Positions 1 through 8,727 of a DNA stretch of 64,000 nt are shown one piece after another. Made by a program: the position numbers and the translations under genes. Under the pieces are notes generated by a model that saw nothing but the letters and a program-made list of their open reading frames with translations, was not told the DNA's origin and made no database searches. The DNA is from Candidatus Latescibacterota bacterium (GTDB lineage: Bacteria > Latescibacterota > UBA2968 > UBA8231). Location: contig CBDCXV010000001.1 in NCBI GenBank assembly GCA_965223905.1, forward strand, positions 1,376,001 to 1,440,000, read 5' to 3'. The first letter of the stretch is position 1. Each line of letters begins with the position of its first letter.

Positions 1-1071
1 GTGAGGGACGGCTGGTACAACGCCTGGACCGACCTGATCTGGTGGAAGCAGTATTTCTGGCTGGCCCATTTTCGCGGCCTCTCGCACGGGCTGGCGCGCA
101 ACACCACGGGCCGCATCGCCGGCAACACCTTCTCCGTCATCCTGCGTTCGGCCGACCTGCGCCGCTGGCACGAGGCCCAGGTGTTCGAGCCGCCGGGCGG
201 GATTGTCGACGGCAGCGGCGTCGACACCGCCCACTTCTGCGCCACCGAAGAGCGGCTCTACGCCTTCTTCCGCGTCGTGACCCCAAGACCGGAAGGGGGC
301 GCACAGAATCGCAGTTTCGTCTCCTCGACGGCCGACGGGGTGCGCTGGTCGGAGCCGGAGGCGCTGACCGTCGGCGGCTTCCGTCCCTATACCTGGCGGG
401 TGCGCTACCGCGAAGGGCGCTTCTACTGCGCCCTCCACTACCTCCGGGAGGGAACGCCCTTCGACCTGATCGTCAGCGACGACGGCGTCAACTGGAGCAG
501 GCACGGCGAGATCGCCGCGGCCGGCGAGCACGGCTGCAGCGAGGAATCGGAACTGCACTGGCGGCCGGACGGCGAGCTCTGGTGCGTCGTGCGCACCGAC
601 CGCGCGGTATTGTACTGCTCCCGGCCGCCGTACAACGACTGGGAGAAGGCGCTCGACATCAAGGAAGGCTGCGACGCCCCGGTGATCTGCGAGTCCGGCG
701 GCCGCGTCTACCTGGCGGGCCGCTGCGCCGGATCGAGCGCGGGGGAGCCGGGGCCGGACGGCGCCATGCCGTTCGCCCTGCAGAACACCTTCAGTCACCT
801 CGAGAGCCCGTTCATCCGCTCCGGCACCACCGGACTCTACAGGCTGTCACGCGAGCGCGCCGAGCTGCTGGTGCTGATGCCGCCTTCCTTCGACGCCTCC
901 TATCCCGGCCTCGTCTCGCTGGAGCCGGGAAAGCTGGTCATGTCCTACTACTCCGACGTCGCCTACGCCTCCGGTGAGGTGCGCCCCCGGCATTTTCCCG
1001 AGTACCGCTACAAGGAGTCGGAGAGCGACATCTACATCGCCGAGATCGAAGTGGGAGAGCATCCCGAATAG
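1..1071 (+). CDS. BNR/Asp-box beta-propeller (sialidase-like) protein, probably 5'-partial
   Basis: Asp-box-like motifs STADGVRWS and SDDGVNWS; DASYPG near the C-terminus; ORF starts at the window edge. Confidence 0.6.
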   Translation: MRDGWYNAWTDLIWWKQYFWLAHFRGLSHGLARNTTGRIAGNTFSVILRSADLRRWHEAQVFEPPGGIVDGSGVDTAHFCATEERLYAFFRVVTPRPEGGAQNRSFVSSTADGVRWSEPEALTVGGFRPYTWRVRYREGRFYCALHYLREGTPFDLIVSDDGVNWSRHGEIAAAGEHGCSEESELHWRPDGELWCVVRTDRAVLYCSRPPYNDWEKALDIKEGCDAPVICESGGRVYLAGRCAGSSAGEPGPDGAMPFALQNTFSHLESPFIRSGTTGLYRLSRERAELLVLMPPSFDASYPGLVSLEPGKLVMSYYSDVAYASGEVRPRHFPEYRYKESESDIYIAEIEVGEHPE

Positions 1072-1144
1072 GAGCCGCCTGCCGCCAGGGGTTGCGGCCG
1101 GCGGCTTCCCCGAGAAGCCCCTTTCAAAACCAGGACGGACAGCA

Positions 1145-2233
1145 ATGGTCGAGCCGAAGAATACCCCCGACGTAAGGCAGGTCGAGCGCCTGACGGAAAG
1201 CCGGATAGCCGATTTCAAGCGGGACGGATACCTCGTTCTCCCGGGGGTCCTCGACCCGGAGCTGTGCCGCCGGGCCCGGGACGAGATGTGGGAGGCGATC
1301 GGCGAGGGGCTCCCGCGCATGAAGCGGAACGACTCCTCGACGTGGGGACCGGTCACCGGGGAGGAGAGCGAGAGGCTGGCGGCGAACCGGCCTTCAGCGG
1401 GCGGCGATCTTTTCTTCAGCGGCAAGGGCCACCGCTTTACGGTCCGCAACGGCACCGGGGACACCCTCCTCGACCTGGTGCCGCGGGCGTTGTGGCAGGT
1501 CGCCGGGCAACTCCTCGGGGAGGGCACGGTGGTGTGGCCTGCGGGGCTCGACGAGTCGGGGACCGCGACCGGCCCCTGCTTCATGTGCGACGACGCGGTG
1601 GGCGGGCTGGTCAGCCACACGGGCGGCGACATGGGCTGGCCGCGGCAGGGGACCTTCACCACCGAGGAGCTGCGCCTGCCGGCGACCGGACCGGTGTGGC
1701 TCAACGGGCAGGGGACCCGCGGCCTGTACTGCACCCTGTCCGGCAGCCCTGCGCACACCGCCGACTACCGCAGCGCCCATTCCGACGGCCCCTGCTACAG
1801 CCGCTTCCGCCTGCAGGTTTCGGCCTACATCGACGATCTGCCTCCGGCCTGCGGCGGCTTCACCGTGTGGCCGGGAAGCCACGCGAGGATCTGGCCGGAG
1901 CAGTGGAAGGCCTTCCACGAAGGAGAGAAGCACACCGACAAGCACCTGCCGGTGCGCAAGGCGGGAGGCTACACCGATCCCGTCATCGGGGAGATCAAGA
2001 CCGACACCGAGCCGGTCGACTGCCACGGGCCGGCCGGCACCACGGTGCTGTGGCACACCAAGATTCTGCACATCCCCGGACAGAACCGGTCCGCCGACGT
2101 CATCCGCCAGGCGACGATCTACGGTTTCCTGAAATCGGCCGAGTCCGTTCCCGACGCGCTCGCAGTCGACAACGCCGGCGGCGACATCTGGCGGGACTGG
2201 TCCGACGAGGTGCGCGGGATTCGGGCGGCGTAG
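1145..2233 (+). CDS. Phytanoyl-CoA dioxygenase (PhyH) family Fe(II)/2OG oxygenase
   Basis: FKRDGYLVLPGVL, HxD (AHSDG), GGFTVWPGSH, distal His in WHTKILH; ATG at 1145 after AGGACGGA. Confidence 0.8.
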   Translation: MVEPKNTPDVRQVERLTESRIADFKRDGYLVLPGVLDPELCRRARDEMWEAIGEGLPRMKRNDSSTWGPVTGEESERLAANRPSAGGDLFFSGKGHRFTVRNGTGDTLLDLVPRALWQVAGQLLGEGTVVWPAGLDESGTATGPCFMCDDAVGGLVSHTGGDMGWPRQGTFTTEELRLPATGPVWLNGQGTRGLYCTLSGSPAHTADYRSAHSDGPCYSRFRLQVSAYIDDLPPACGGFTVWPGSHARIWPEQWKAFHEGEKHTDKHLPVRKAGGYTDPVIGEIKTDTEPVDCHGPAGTTVLWHTKILHIPGQNRSADVIRQATIYGFLKSAESVPDALAVDNAGGDIWRDWSDEVRGIRAA

Positions 2234-2331
2234 CGCAACTAGGCGGTCTGCACTCCGCACAAACCATTCCCATAGGGCCGGCCCATCGCAGCCCCTTCGC
2301 GCCGGTTCTCATTCGTCCTCGAGGCCCCCGA

Positions 2332-3216
2332 TTACTCCGGGACCTCCCCGATGCCCGCCAGCCTGGCCTTTGCCTCGGAGTAGACGTCCGTGGGCAGGGG
2401 GCCTGCCAGGGCCGCGGCGATGTTGGCCTTCATGTGGTCGAGGCTGGTCGTGCCGACGATCGTCGTGTGACACGCCGGGTGCGTCAGGGTGAAGCGCAGG
2501 ACGAACGCATGGCGGCCCATCCCGCCGGCGAGCTCCTCGAGGCCGGCGCTCTCCCATATTATCTGGCGATCCTCGTGGGCCCGGTGCCCGAGGCCGATGC
2601 CGCCGCGGATGAGAATGCCGGCCCCGGCATCGGCGGCATCCTGAATCATCCGTTCGTGCCGGCGCTCGAGAGCGGAATACGGGACCTGGAAGGTGTCGAA
2701 GACCCCCGTCGCTGCAAACGCCGGAAGGTCAGGCGCCGTGGAAGAGACCCCGATGAAGCGGGTCTTCCCCGCCCGGCGGATCTCCGCGAGTGCTTCGGCC
2801 AACCCCCCCTTCTCGACCTCTTCCACAGTGGGGTTGTGCATCTGCAGCAGATCGACGCGGTCCGTCCTCAGGCGGCGCAGGCTCTGGTCGATGTTGGCAT
2901 GCAGGCGGTCGGCGGTCCACAGGTGTCCCGGCTCCAGCCTGTTTCCTCCGAGGTCGATGTTGCAGCCGCACTTGGTGGCGAGGAAGAACTCGTCGCGGCG
3001 ATGGCCGACGTACTTGCCGATCCGCTCCTCGCTGGCGCCGTAGTCCGGGGCGGTGTCGACGAGGTTGATCCCGGCGTCGAGGGCGGCGTTCAATACGGCG
3101 CCGGCCTGGTCATCGTAGTCGGCCGAGTCCGGCAGGCCGCGCTCCCCGGCCCCGAAGCCGAGCTGCGAGACCTCGAAGCCGGTGCGTCCAAGCAGTCGTT
3201 TGGTCAGATCGTCCAT
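2332..3216 (-). CDS. Aldo/keto reductase
   Basis: LGRTGFEVSQLGFG, GINLVDTAPDYG, ATKCG, SLRRLRTDRVDLLQMH. Confidence 0.92.
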   Translation of the reverse strand: MDDLTKRLLGRTGFEVSQLGFGAGERGLPDSADYDDQAGAVLNAALDAGINLVDTAPDYGASEERIGKYVGHRRDEFFLATKCGCNIDLGGNRLEPGHLWTADRLHANIDQSLRRLRTDRVDLLQMHNPTVEEVEKGGLAEALAEIRRAGKTRFIGVSSTAPDLPAFAATGVFDTFQVPYSALERRHERMIQDAADAGAGILIRGGIGLGHRAHEDRQIIWESAGLEELAGGMGRHAFVLRFTLTHPACHTTIVGTTSLDHMKANIAAALAGPLPTDVYSEAKARLAGIGEVPE

Positions 3217-3385
3217 TGTTTCTTTCCTTGGCAGGTGTTGGTCCGCCCGTAAAGATTGGGGTCCCCGGACAGGTCATCAACTCCCGGGGGCTCGCCCCTC
3301 GGGAGCGCAGGCGGCCCTGGTTCAACAGCGAATCGGAAAACCGGCAGCATCCGGCCGGGCCCCGTTCACACTGGGAGATGCGAGC

Positions 3386-4387
3386 ATGAGGTTGGGAATC
3401 GCCGGCGTGCACTACGGTCACATCGGCGGCATGGTGCGCTCGGCGCGCGACGCCGCCAATACCGAGATCGTCGGCCTGGTCGAGGGGGAAGACACCCTCT
3501 ACGAGCAGTACACGCAGGAGTCGCCGATCCCTCGCTACGGCTCGCTGGAGGAGATGCTGTCCGAAGCCGCTCCGGACATCGTCCTGGAGGGGCTCGCCCA
3601 TCACGAGAAGGTGCCGGCGATCCAATCCTGCGCCAAGGCCGGGGTCCACCTGTATCTCGACAAGCCGCTCTGCCGCACCCTGGAGGAGTGGAGCCGCATC
3701 CGCCGCGCCGTCGAGGCCGGCGGCATCCGCCTCACCATGAACTACACGTCGCGGAGCCACCCGCCTTTCATCGCCCTCCGCGAGGCGGTGCTGGCCGGGG
3801 AGCTCGGCGAGATCGTCAGCCTCATCTCGACGCACCCGCACCGGCTGTGCGCCTCCGCGCCCGACTTCTACTTCGATCCGCAGCGCTACGTCGGCACCTT
3901 CAGCGACGTCGCCAGCCACGGCGTCGACCAGGTGCGATGGCTGACCGGAGCCGAGTGCGTCGGCGTGCACGCATACGGGACGAGGAGCGGAAAACACCGG
4001 CCCCCCCGCCGCTTCGAGATGGACCACGTCCAGGCGTCCTACCAGCTCAGCTCGGGAGCCGGCGCCGTGATTACCGCGGACTGGCTCACCCCCGAGGACT
4101 CCCCTTCCTTCGGCGACACCCGCTTCATCATCATGGGCACCCGCGGCTCGGCCCACCTGCGCGCCTACGCGGGCGACGGGCTGCTCGTCGTCGCCGACGG
4201 CAAGGGGGCATACGAAGCGGACTTCTCCGGCAAGTCCCACGGCAACTTCGTCGAGAGCATGGTCTCCGCGTTCGCGAGGGACGAGGAGAACTTCATCTCC
4301 ACGGAGGACGTCCTGGCGGTCTCCAGGGCGACCATCACGGCGGAGGAGTCGGCGCGCCGGGGCGGGGAGTTCCTGAAGATCGAATAG
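3386..4387 (+). CDS. Gfo/Idh/MocA family oxidoreductase
   Basis: N-terminal Rossmann strand, HLYLDKPL (EKP-like), DVASHGVD; ATG at 3386 after GGGAG. Confidence 0.88.
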   Translation: MRLGIAGVHYGHIGGMVRSARDAANTEIVGLVEGEDTLYEQYTQESPIPRYGSLEEMLSEAAPDIVLEGLAHHEKVPAIQSCAKAGVHLYLDKPLCRTLEEWSRIRRAVEAGGIRLTMNYTSRSHPPFIALREAVLAGELGEIVSLISTHPHRLCASAPDFYFDPQRYVGTFSDVASHGVDQVRWLTGAECVGVHAYGTRSGKHRPPRRFEMDHVQASYQLSSGAGAVITADWLTPEDSPSFGDTRFIIMGTRGSAHLRAYAGDGLLVVADGKGAYEADFSGKSHGNFVESMVSAFARDEENFISTEDVLAVSRATITAEESARRGGEFLKIE

Positions 4388-4555
4388 TGCGGCAGCTGGT
4401 CGCTTCCGATTGCCCAGCATCGCCGGCAAAGCCGACCTTTACCAGGAAGCCGCCGGAAGACGGGCAACCCGTCGTCATTTGAGCTCGAGTCGACAGCTGG
4501 CGATCACCCAACGAGGCGGCAACCCGCGAGCCATGCACCTGCCGGGAGAAATCCG

Positions 4556-5404
4556 ATGACATCACCGCACAGGATCGTCGATGCCCACATCCACGTCTGG
4601 ACCAACGACTTCGCCCGCTACCCGCTGGCCCCCGGGGTGAAGGAGGAGGACCTCTGGCTTCCCACCTTCACGCCGGAAGAGTACTTCAGGTACAGTCGCG
4701 CCGTCGGCGAGGTGCGCATCAACCTCGTCCAGATGATCTGGTACAAGACCGACCACAGCTACATCCTCGACCTGATCGCCGCCGACCCGGAGACCTTCGC
4801 CGGCACCGGGATTGTCGACCTCGACGACCCCGCACCGGACAGAACCATGCTCGAGCTCTCGAAGAAGGGATGCCATGCCTTTCGCGAGCCCCCCTCCGAG
4901 CTCGACCACCCGGCATACGGGAAGCTGTTCTCCACCGGCGCCGACCACGGGCTCGCCCTCAGCTTCAACATGGGCGTCGATCGGCTGCCCGCCCTCGACC
5001 GTCTCTGCACCCGCTACCCGGAGACCCCGGTGATTCTCGACCACGTCTGCCACGTCGGCATCAGGGAGGCGGACTACAGCGAGGAGGACCTCGAGGCCCT
5101 GCTCCGCTTCGCCAGGCACAGCAAGGTGATGGTCAAGATCGGACCGCTGCAGGCGCTGTGCTCCCGGCGCCCCCCCTACTTCGACGTGCTCCCCCTGATT
5201 CAACGCGTCGTCGAGGCCTACGGCGCCGAGCGCTGCATGTGGGAAAGCGACAGCGGGGGCCCGATCACCATGCAGGATCCGGTGACCGATTACCCCGCGG
5301 CGGTGGCCCTGATCCGCGACCACGCGAGCTTTCTCAGCCAGGCCGAGAAGGAGGCGATCCTCTGGGGGACCGCGGAAAGCTTCTTCTTCCGCGGGCTGGG
5401 CTGA
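4556..5404 (+). CDS. Amidohydrolase_2 family metallohydrolase
   Basis: IVDAHIHVW, ILDHVCH, RCMWESD. Confidence 0.88.
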   Translation: MTSPHRIVDAHIHVWTNDFARYPLAPGVKEEDLWLPTFTPEEYFRYSRAVGEVRINLVQMIWYKTDHSYILDLIAADPETFAGTGIVDLDDPAPDRTMLELSKKGCHAFREPPSELDHPAYGKLFSTGADHGLALSFNMGVDRLPALDRLCTRYPETPVILDHVCHVGIREADYSEEDLEALLRFARHSKVMVKIGPLQALCSRRPPYFDVLPLIQRVVEAYGAERCMWESDSGGPITMQDPVTDYPAAVALIRDHASFLSQAEKEAILWGTAESFFFRGLG

Positions 5405-5701
5405 GGAGCCGGAGGGCGCGCGGACAGTTCGCAGGGAGGCAGCTTCAGGGCAGTTGCGAAACGGAATTCGCGATCCCCGACCGAGGGTGACGGCCGCGTC
5501 CCGGATCGCGGCCAGGAAGTGGGTAGTGTCTCAGCCCGGAAGTGGAGATACGAGAGGTGCCGGCGTGGCGACAGACGATTCGGTCCCCTGCGGCCTCAGA
5601 TCCAGGGGCACCAGTTTCCGTCTTCCAGGCGGACCCCACAGGCACTGCGGATCAAAGAACCGAGGCCATCACCGAGGCTCCAACCGTAACAGGTAACCGT
5701 C

Positions 5702-6946
5702 ATGTACACCGATACACTGCCGAAAAACCCCCTCCTTTCCGGGGTGACCGACCCGGACTCGGCTCGCGTCCTCGACGAGCCGTCCAGCCTCGCCCGGGCG
5801 ACCCGTCCGGACTTCCTCGACAACGGCCACTCACCGGTCGAGTGGTCGGCTGGCGACTGGAGCGACATGGAGGCGGCGCGGGACGATCTGCTCGACCTCG
5901 CCGCGGTCGAGGAGCAATTCGACCGTGACGGCTTCCTCAGGGACGGCTACGCTGTCTTCGAGGGAGTGATCAGGCCGCATGCCCGCCAGCGGTGGCTGGC
6001 GGCGCTGGAACGGGGCCAGCACCTCAACGACAGCCTGCTCCGCGCCGACTGGTCCGCGATCGACTGGCGCGGACTCGGCCGCCGGCCCCCGGAGGAGACC
6101 GTCGCTGCCCCAGACTTGGAGAAGGCCCTCGGCGGCAGCCAGCAGGTGCCCCAGAAGACAGATGTCGCCGGGGTCCGCACTCTCAGGCTTCACTCGGTCT
6201 TCGCCGAGTACTTTCCCTCCGGCCATCTGCCCTTCCTCGCCGACGTCCTCACGCACCCGGAGATGCTCGCCCTGCAGCGCCTCTGCCTCGGCAGCGACGC
6301 CGTCTACTTCGACCACAACCAGCTGCTCTCGCGTCCGCCCGGGTACGCCGGAGGCCACTGGCACAGTCACCGGATCGGCGCCGATTGCGACCGCGGTACG
6401 GTCCTGCCGGAGGAGTACGACCGCCAGCCGAACTTCCTGCTCACCCTCTGCTATCTCAACGGCTTCGAGGCGGACAGCGACGGCGGCCTCAAGATCATCC
6501 GCGGCAGCCACCTGTTCCGCGACCCGGCCGGATGCAACGCCGCGACGGATGAAGAGATGGCGCGCGGCTGGCTCGAGGGCCGCACCCATCCGGTCACCGG
6601 CAGGCCCCTCGAGATGAAGCATCTCGCGCTGCCTGCCGGCTCGGTGGTCTGCTGCCTTTCGCAGGCGGCCCACGGGGTCGCGCCCAAGGCCGCCGGCAGA
6701 GAGTCCCGCCTCTGCTCCCTCTTCTGCTACCGCAAGCCGTGGGCGGACGGCCGCGCCCAGCCCCCTTGGGAGGTGCCCCCGGTGTGGGCGGTCAAGGCGC
6801 GGCGCGGAGAGCTTCCCCCCGTGCTGGCCGAGCTGCTCCGCCCCAGCCACGACCGCGAACTGACCGGGGGCAAACCCAATCCTACGACTAGCGCGGGAAA
6901 GCCGTATCGGTCCCTCGCAGATCCAGCGAATCCTCAGCGGCCTTGA
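5702..6946 (+). CDS. PhyH-family dioxygenase
   Basis: FLRDGYAVFEGV, GHWHSH, GGLKIIRGSH, AAHGV; metal motif is HxH rather than HxD. Confidence 0.75.
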   Translation: MYTDTLPKNPLLSGVTDPDSARVLDEPSSLARATRPDFLDNGHSPVEWSAGDWSDMEAARDDLLDLAAVEEQFDRDGFLRDGYAVFEGVIRPHARQRWLAALERGQHLNDSLLRADWSAIDWRGLGRRPPEETVAAPDLEKALGGSQQVPQKTDVAGVRTLRLHSVFAEYFPSGHLPFLADVLTHPEMLALQRLCLGSDAVYFDHNQLLSRPPGYAGGHWHSHRIGADCDRGTVLPEEYDRQPNFLLTLCYLNGFEADSDGGLKIIRGSHLFRDPAGCNAATDEEMARGWLEGRTHPVTGRPLEMKHLALPAGSVVCCLSQAAHGVAPKAAGRESRLCSLFCYRKPWADGRAQPPWEVPPVWAVKARRGELPPVLAELLRPSHDRELTGGKPNPTTSAGKPYRSLADPANPQRP

Positions 6947-7119
6947 ACCACCGGGGCATGGAACTCTCGACACCTAGCGGCGCTGCTGCTCCATCTCGTC
7001 CAACTGCGCCGTGCCTCGGGTGCCTCTGTCGTTCCTGTCCGCCCTGCTGTTCCTGGCCAACACCAGCCACTTCGGGAGGTCTACTGGATTTCCGCGATAT
7101 CCTCAGAAATGCTCTACGC

Positions 7120-7542
7120 ATGGCGCTCACACCGGACAGCCGCCTGGCTCAACGCGTCCTCCCGGACCCACTCTACCGGGCCCTGACGCACGTGTACGCT
7201 CAGGGGATTTCCGGCTGCATGCTGGCCGGGGGAACGGCCATCTCCGGATACTACGCAGGCCACAGGCGCTCCGACGATCTGGAGCTCTTCGCAAAGGATG
7301 AGGACGCCCACCGGGCAGCGGTTCTCGCGGCGCGGTCCTTGGCGATGTGGGCGCACAGGTGGAAGAGGTTCTATGTTCCGCTCAGTACTTCAAGGCGAGC
7401 TGTCTTTATCAGGGCCACAGGTTCACGGCGGACGTCGTTCTCGACGCCAACCTGCATGCTGTCGGTGAATCTCACGTTGCCGGCGATGGCGTCGCCGTTG
7501 CCGAAAAGCGGATGCACCGACCGTATGTACCTGATGTACTGA
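7120..7542 (+). pseudogene. AbiEii/AbiGii-type nucleotidyltransferase toxin remnant, frameshifted and truncated
   Basis: LAGGTAISGYYAGHRRSDDLELF matches the GGT...HRxSxDLD signature; homology appears to continue in another frame from about 7345 (GAQVEEV...FTADVVLD) and fades near 7510. Confidence 0.7.
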
Positions 7543-7604
7543 GACTGCCTCAACTGCGCCGCGAGCCCGGAGAGCCGTCCCTGTCCGGCGGGCAGGGGTC
7601 TGGT

Positions 7605-8360
7605 TCAGCCGCCCAGTTTTGCCGCGAGGGCGTCGATCCCGCTTCCGTCCAGAGGCTCCTGTTTCTTTTGTCCTATCCTGTCCATCAGCTGCTCGCTGAT
7701 GACGACAGGTGCCCCTCCGCGAACGGCGATGCACATGCCGTCACTCGGGCGGCAGTCGATTTCCTGGGAACCGTCGCCGCTCTCGACGAGCAGCTTGGCG
7801 TAATACACCTCGTCTCGAAAATCCGATATACGCAGCTCGACCGGCCTGGCCTGCATTCTCTGCATGAGGTCCGCGGTGAGGTCGTGGGCGAGAGGGCGAG
7901 GGAAGGAGATCCCCCTGAGACCTTTCACCAGGGAATAGGTTGCTTCCTCACCGATCACGATCGGCAACAGCCGCTCGCCACCCACCTCCTCCAGCAGGAC
8001 GAGGTAATCCTCGACCTCCCGACCATCGTCAAGTGGATGGCAGTGCTTCCGGATATCTCCGATGGCCAGGGTTATGGACGCTTCCCCTGCACGGGGTCCC
8101 GTCGCCTCTTGAATTGCCGCTTCAAGCTCCTGCCAGTTTCTGTATCCCTGCTCCCGTGCGATCACGAGCTGAGCGTCGAGCAGGGAGAACCTGGCGTCCA
8201 GAATCTCCGAGTCGGAGGCCCCGGCAAGGTGGGAGATACCGCGCCGAAGTCGCGGTATGGTCCCGGCGTCCCCGGCTTTGTGCGCTTTCAGGAGGCTCTT
8301 GGCCTGTTTCCTGAGCTGTTCGAGATTGGGGCGCGGGGGGAGGAGAGATTGAGAGGACAT
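7605..8360 (-). CDS. Bifunctional nuclease (DUF151) fused to an N-terminal helical LPxRPNLEQLRKQAK domain
   Basis: LLPIVIGEEA, RPLAHDL, YYAKL, IDCRPSDGMCIAVR are DUF151 motifs; N-terminus LPPRPNLEQLRKQAK...AQLVIAREQGYRNW. Confidence 0.85.
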   Translation of the reverse strand: MSSQSLLPPRPNLEQLRKQAKSLLKAHKAGDAGTIPRLRRGISHLAGASDSEILDARFSLLDAQLVIAREQGYRNWQELEAAIQEATGPRAGEASITLAIGDIRKHCHPLDDGREVEDYLVLLEEVGGERLLPIVIGEEATYSLVKGLRGISFPRPLAHDLTADLMQRMQARPVELRISDFRDEVYYAKLLVESGDGSQEIDCRPSDGMCIAVRGGAPVVISEQLMDRIGQKKQEPLDGSGIDALAAKLGG

Positions 8361-8475
8361 ACGATACCCCTTTCATGCGCCTGGCGTCCGCGTCGAGCAG
8401 GCGAAAAGGGGGTCGAACAAACCTGGACAAAGGGAGATGGGCTTGGCCCTTTCGCGGACTTGGGGGCTCTCTCCC
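8361..8475 (-). ncRNA. Candidate structured cis-regulatory leader RNA (two hairpins with complementary loops, SD sequestered)
   Basis: Stems 8470-8475/8432-8437, 8464-8467/8446-8449, 8398-8403/8378-8383 and anti-SD 8404-8411/8367-8374; loops GUCCGCG (8453-8459) and CGCGGAC (8386-8392) are exact complements. Confidence 0.55.
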
Positions 8476-8727
8476 GAGCTCGAAGTGTGAAGGAACGATT
8501 CGATGCAGCGACGAGCAAGGGTCTTGGCTCGAAGTATCTGGACTGCCTGGCTTTCCTGTCTCCCGCCATGCGCAGACAACTCGGATCGGATCACATGTCA
8601 TCTTCCAACATCCAAAGCTGAGATCGCTGCCCCTTCGCTCGCCCCCGGCCTCTGTGCGTCATTGCAAACCGGTGGCCACTGAGTGTGCCGGCAGCGACCG
8701 CCCTCAGGCACATTCCTGATTGAGCCG

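Noticed and set aside
5405-5701. 300-bp intergenic region as an ncRNA
   Set aside because: No convincing long stems or known motif visible.
8361-8475. Cobalamin or another known riboswitch
   Set aside because: Has a kissing-loop arrangement but lacks the B12 box and other consensus elements I can recognise; kept as an unclassified candidate.
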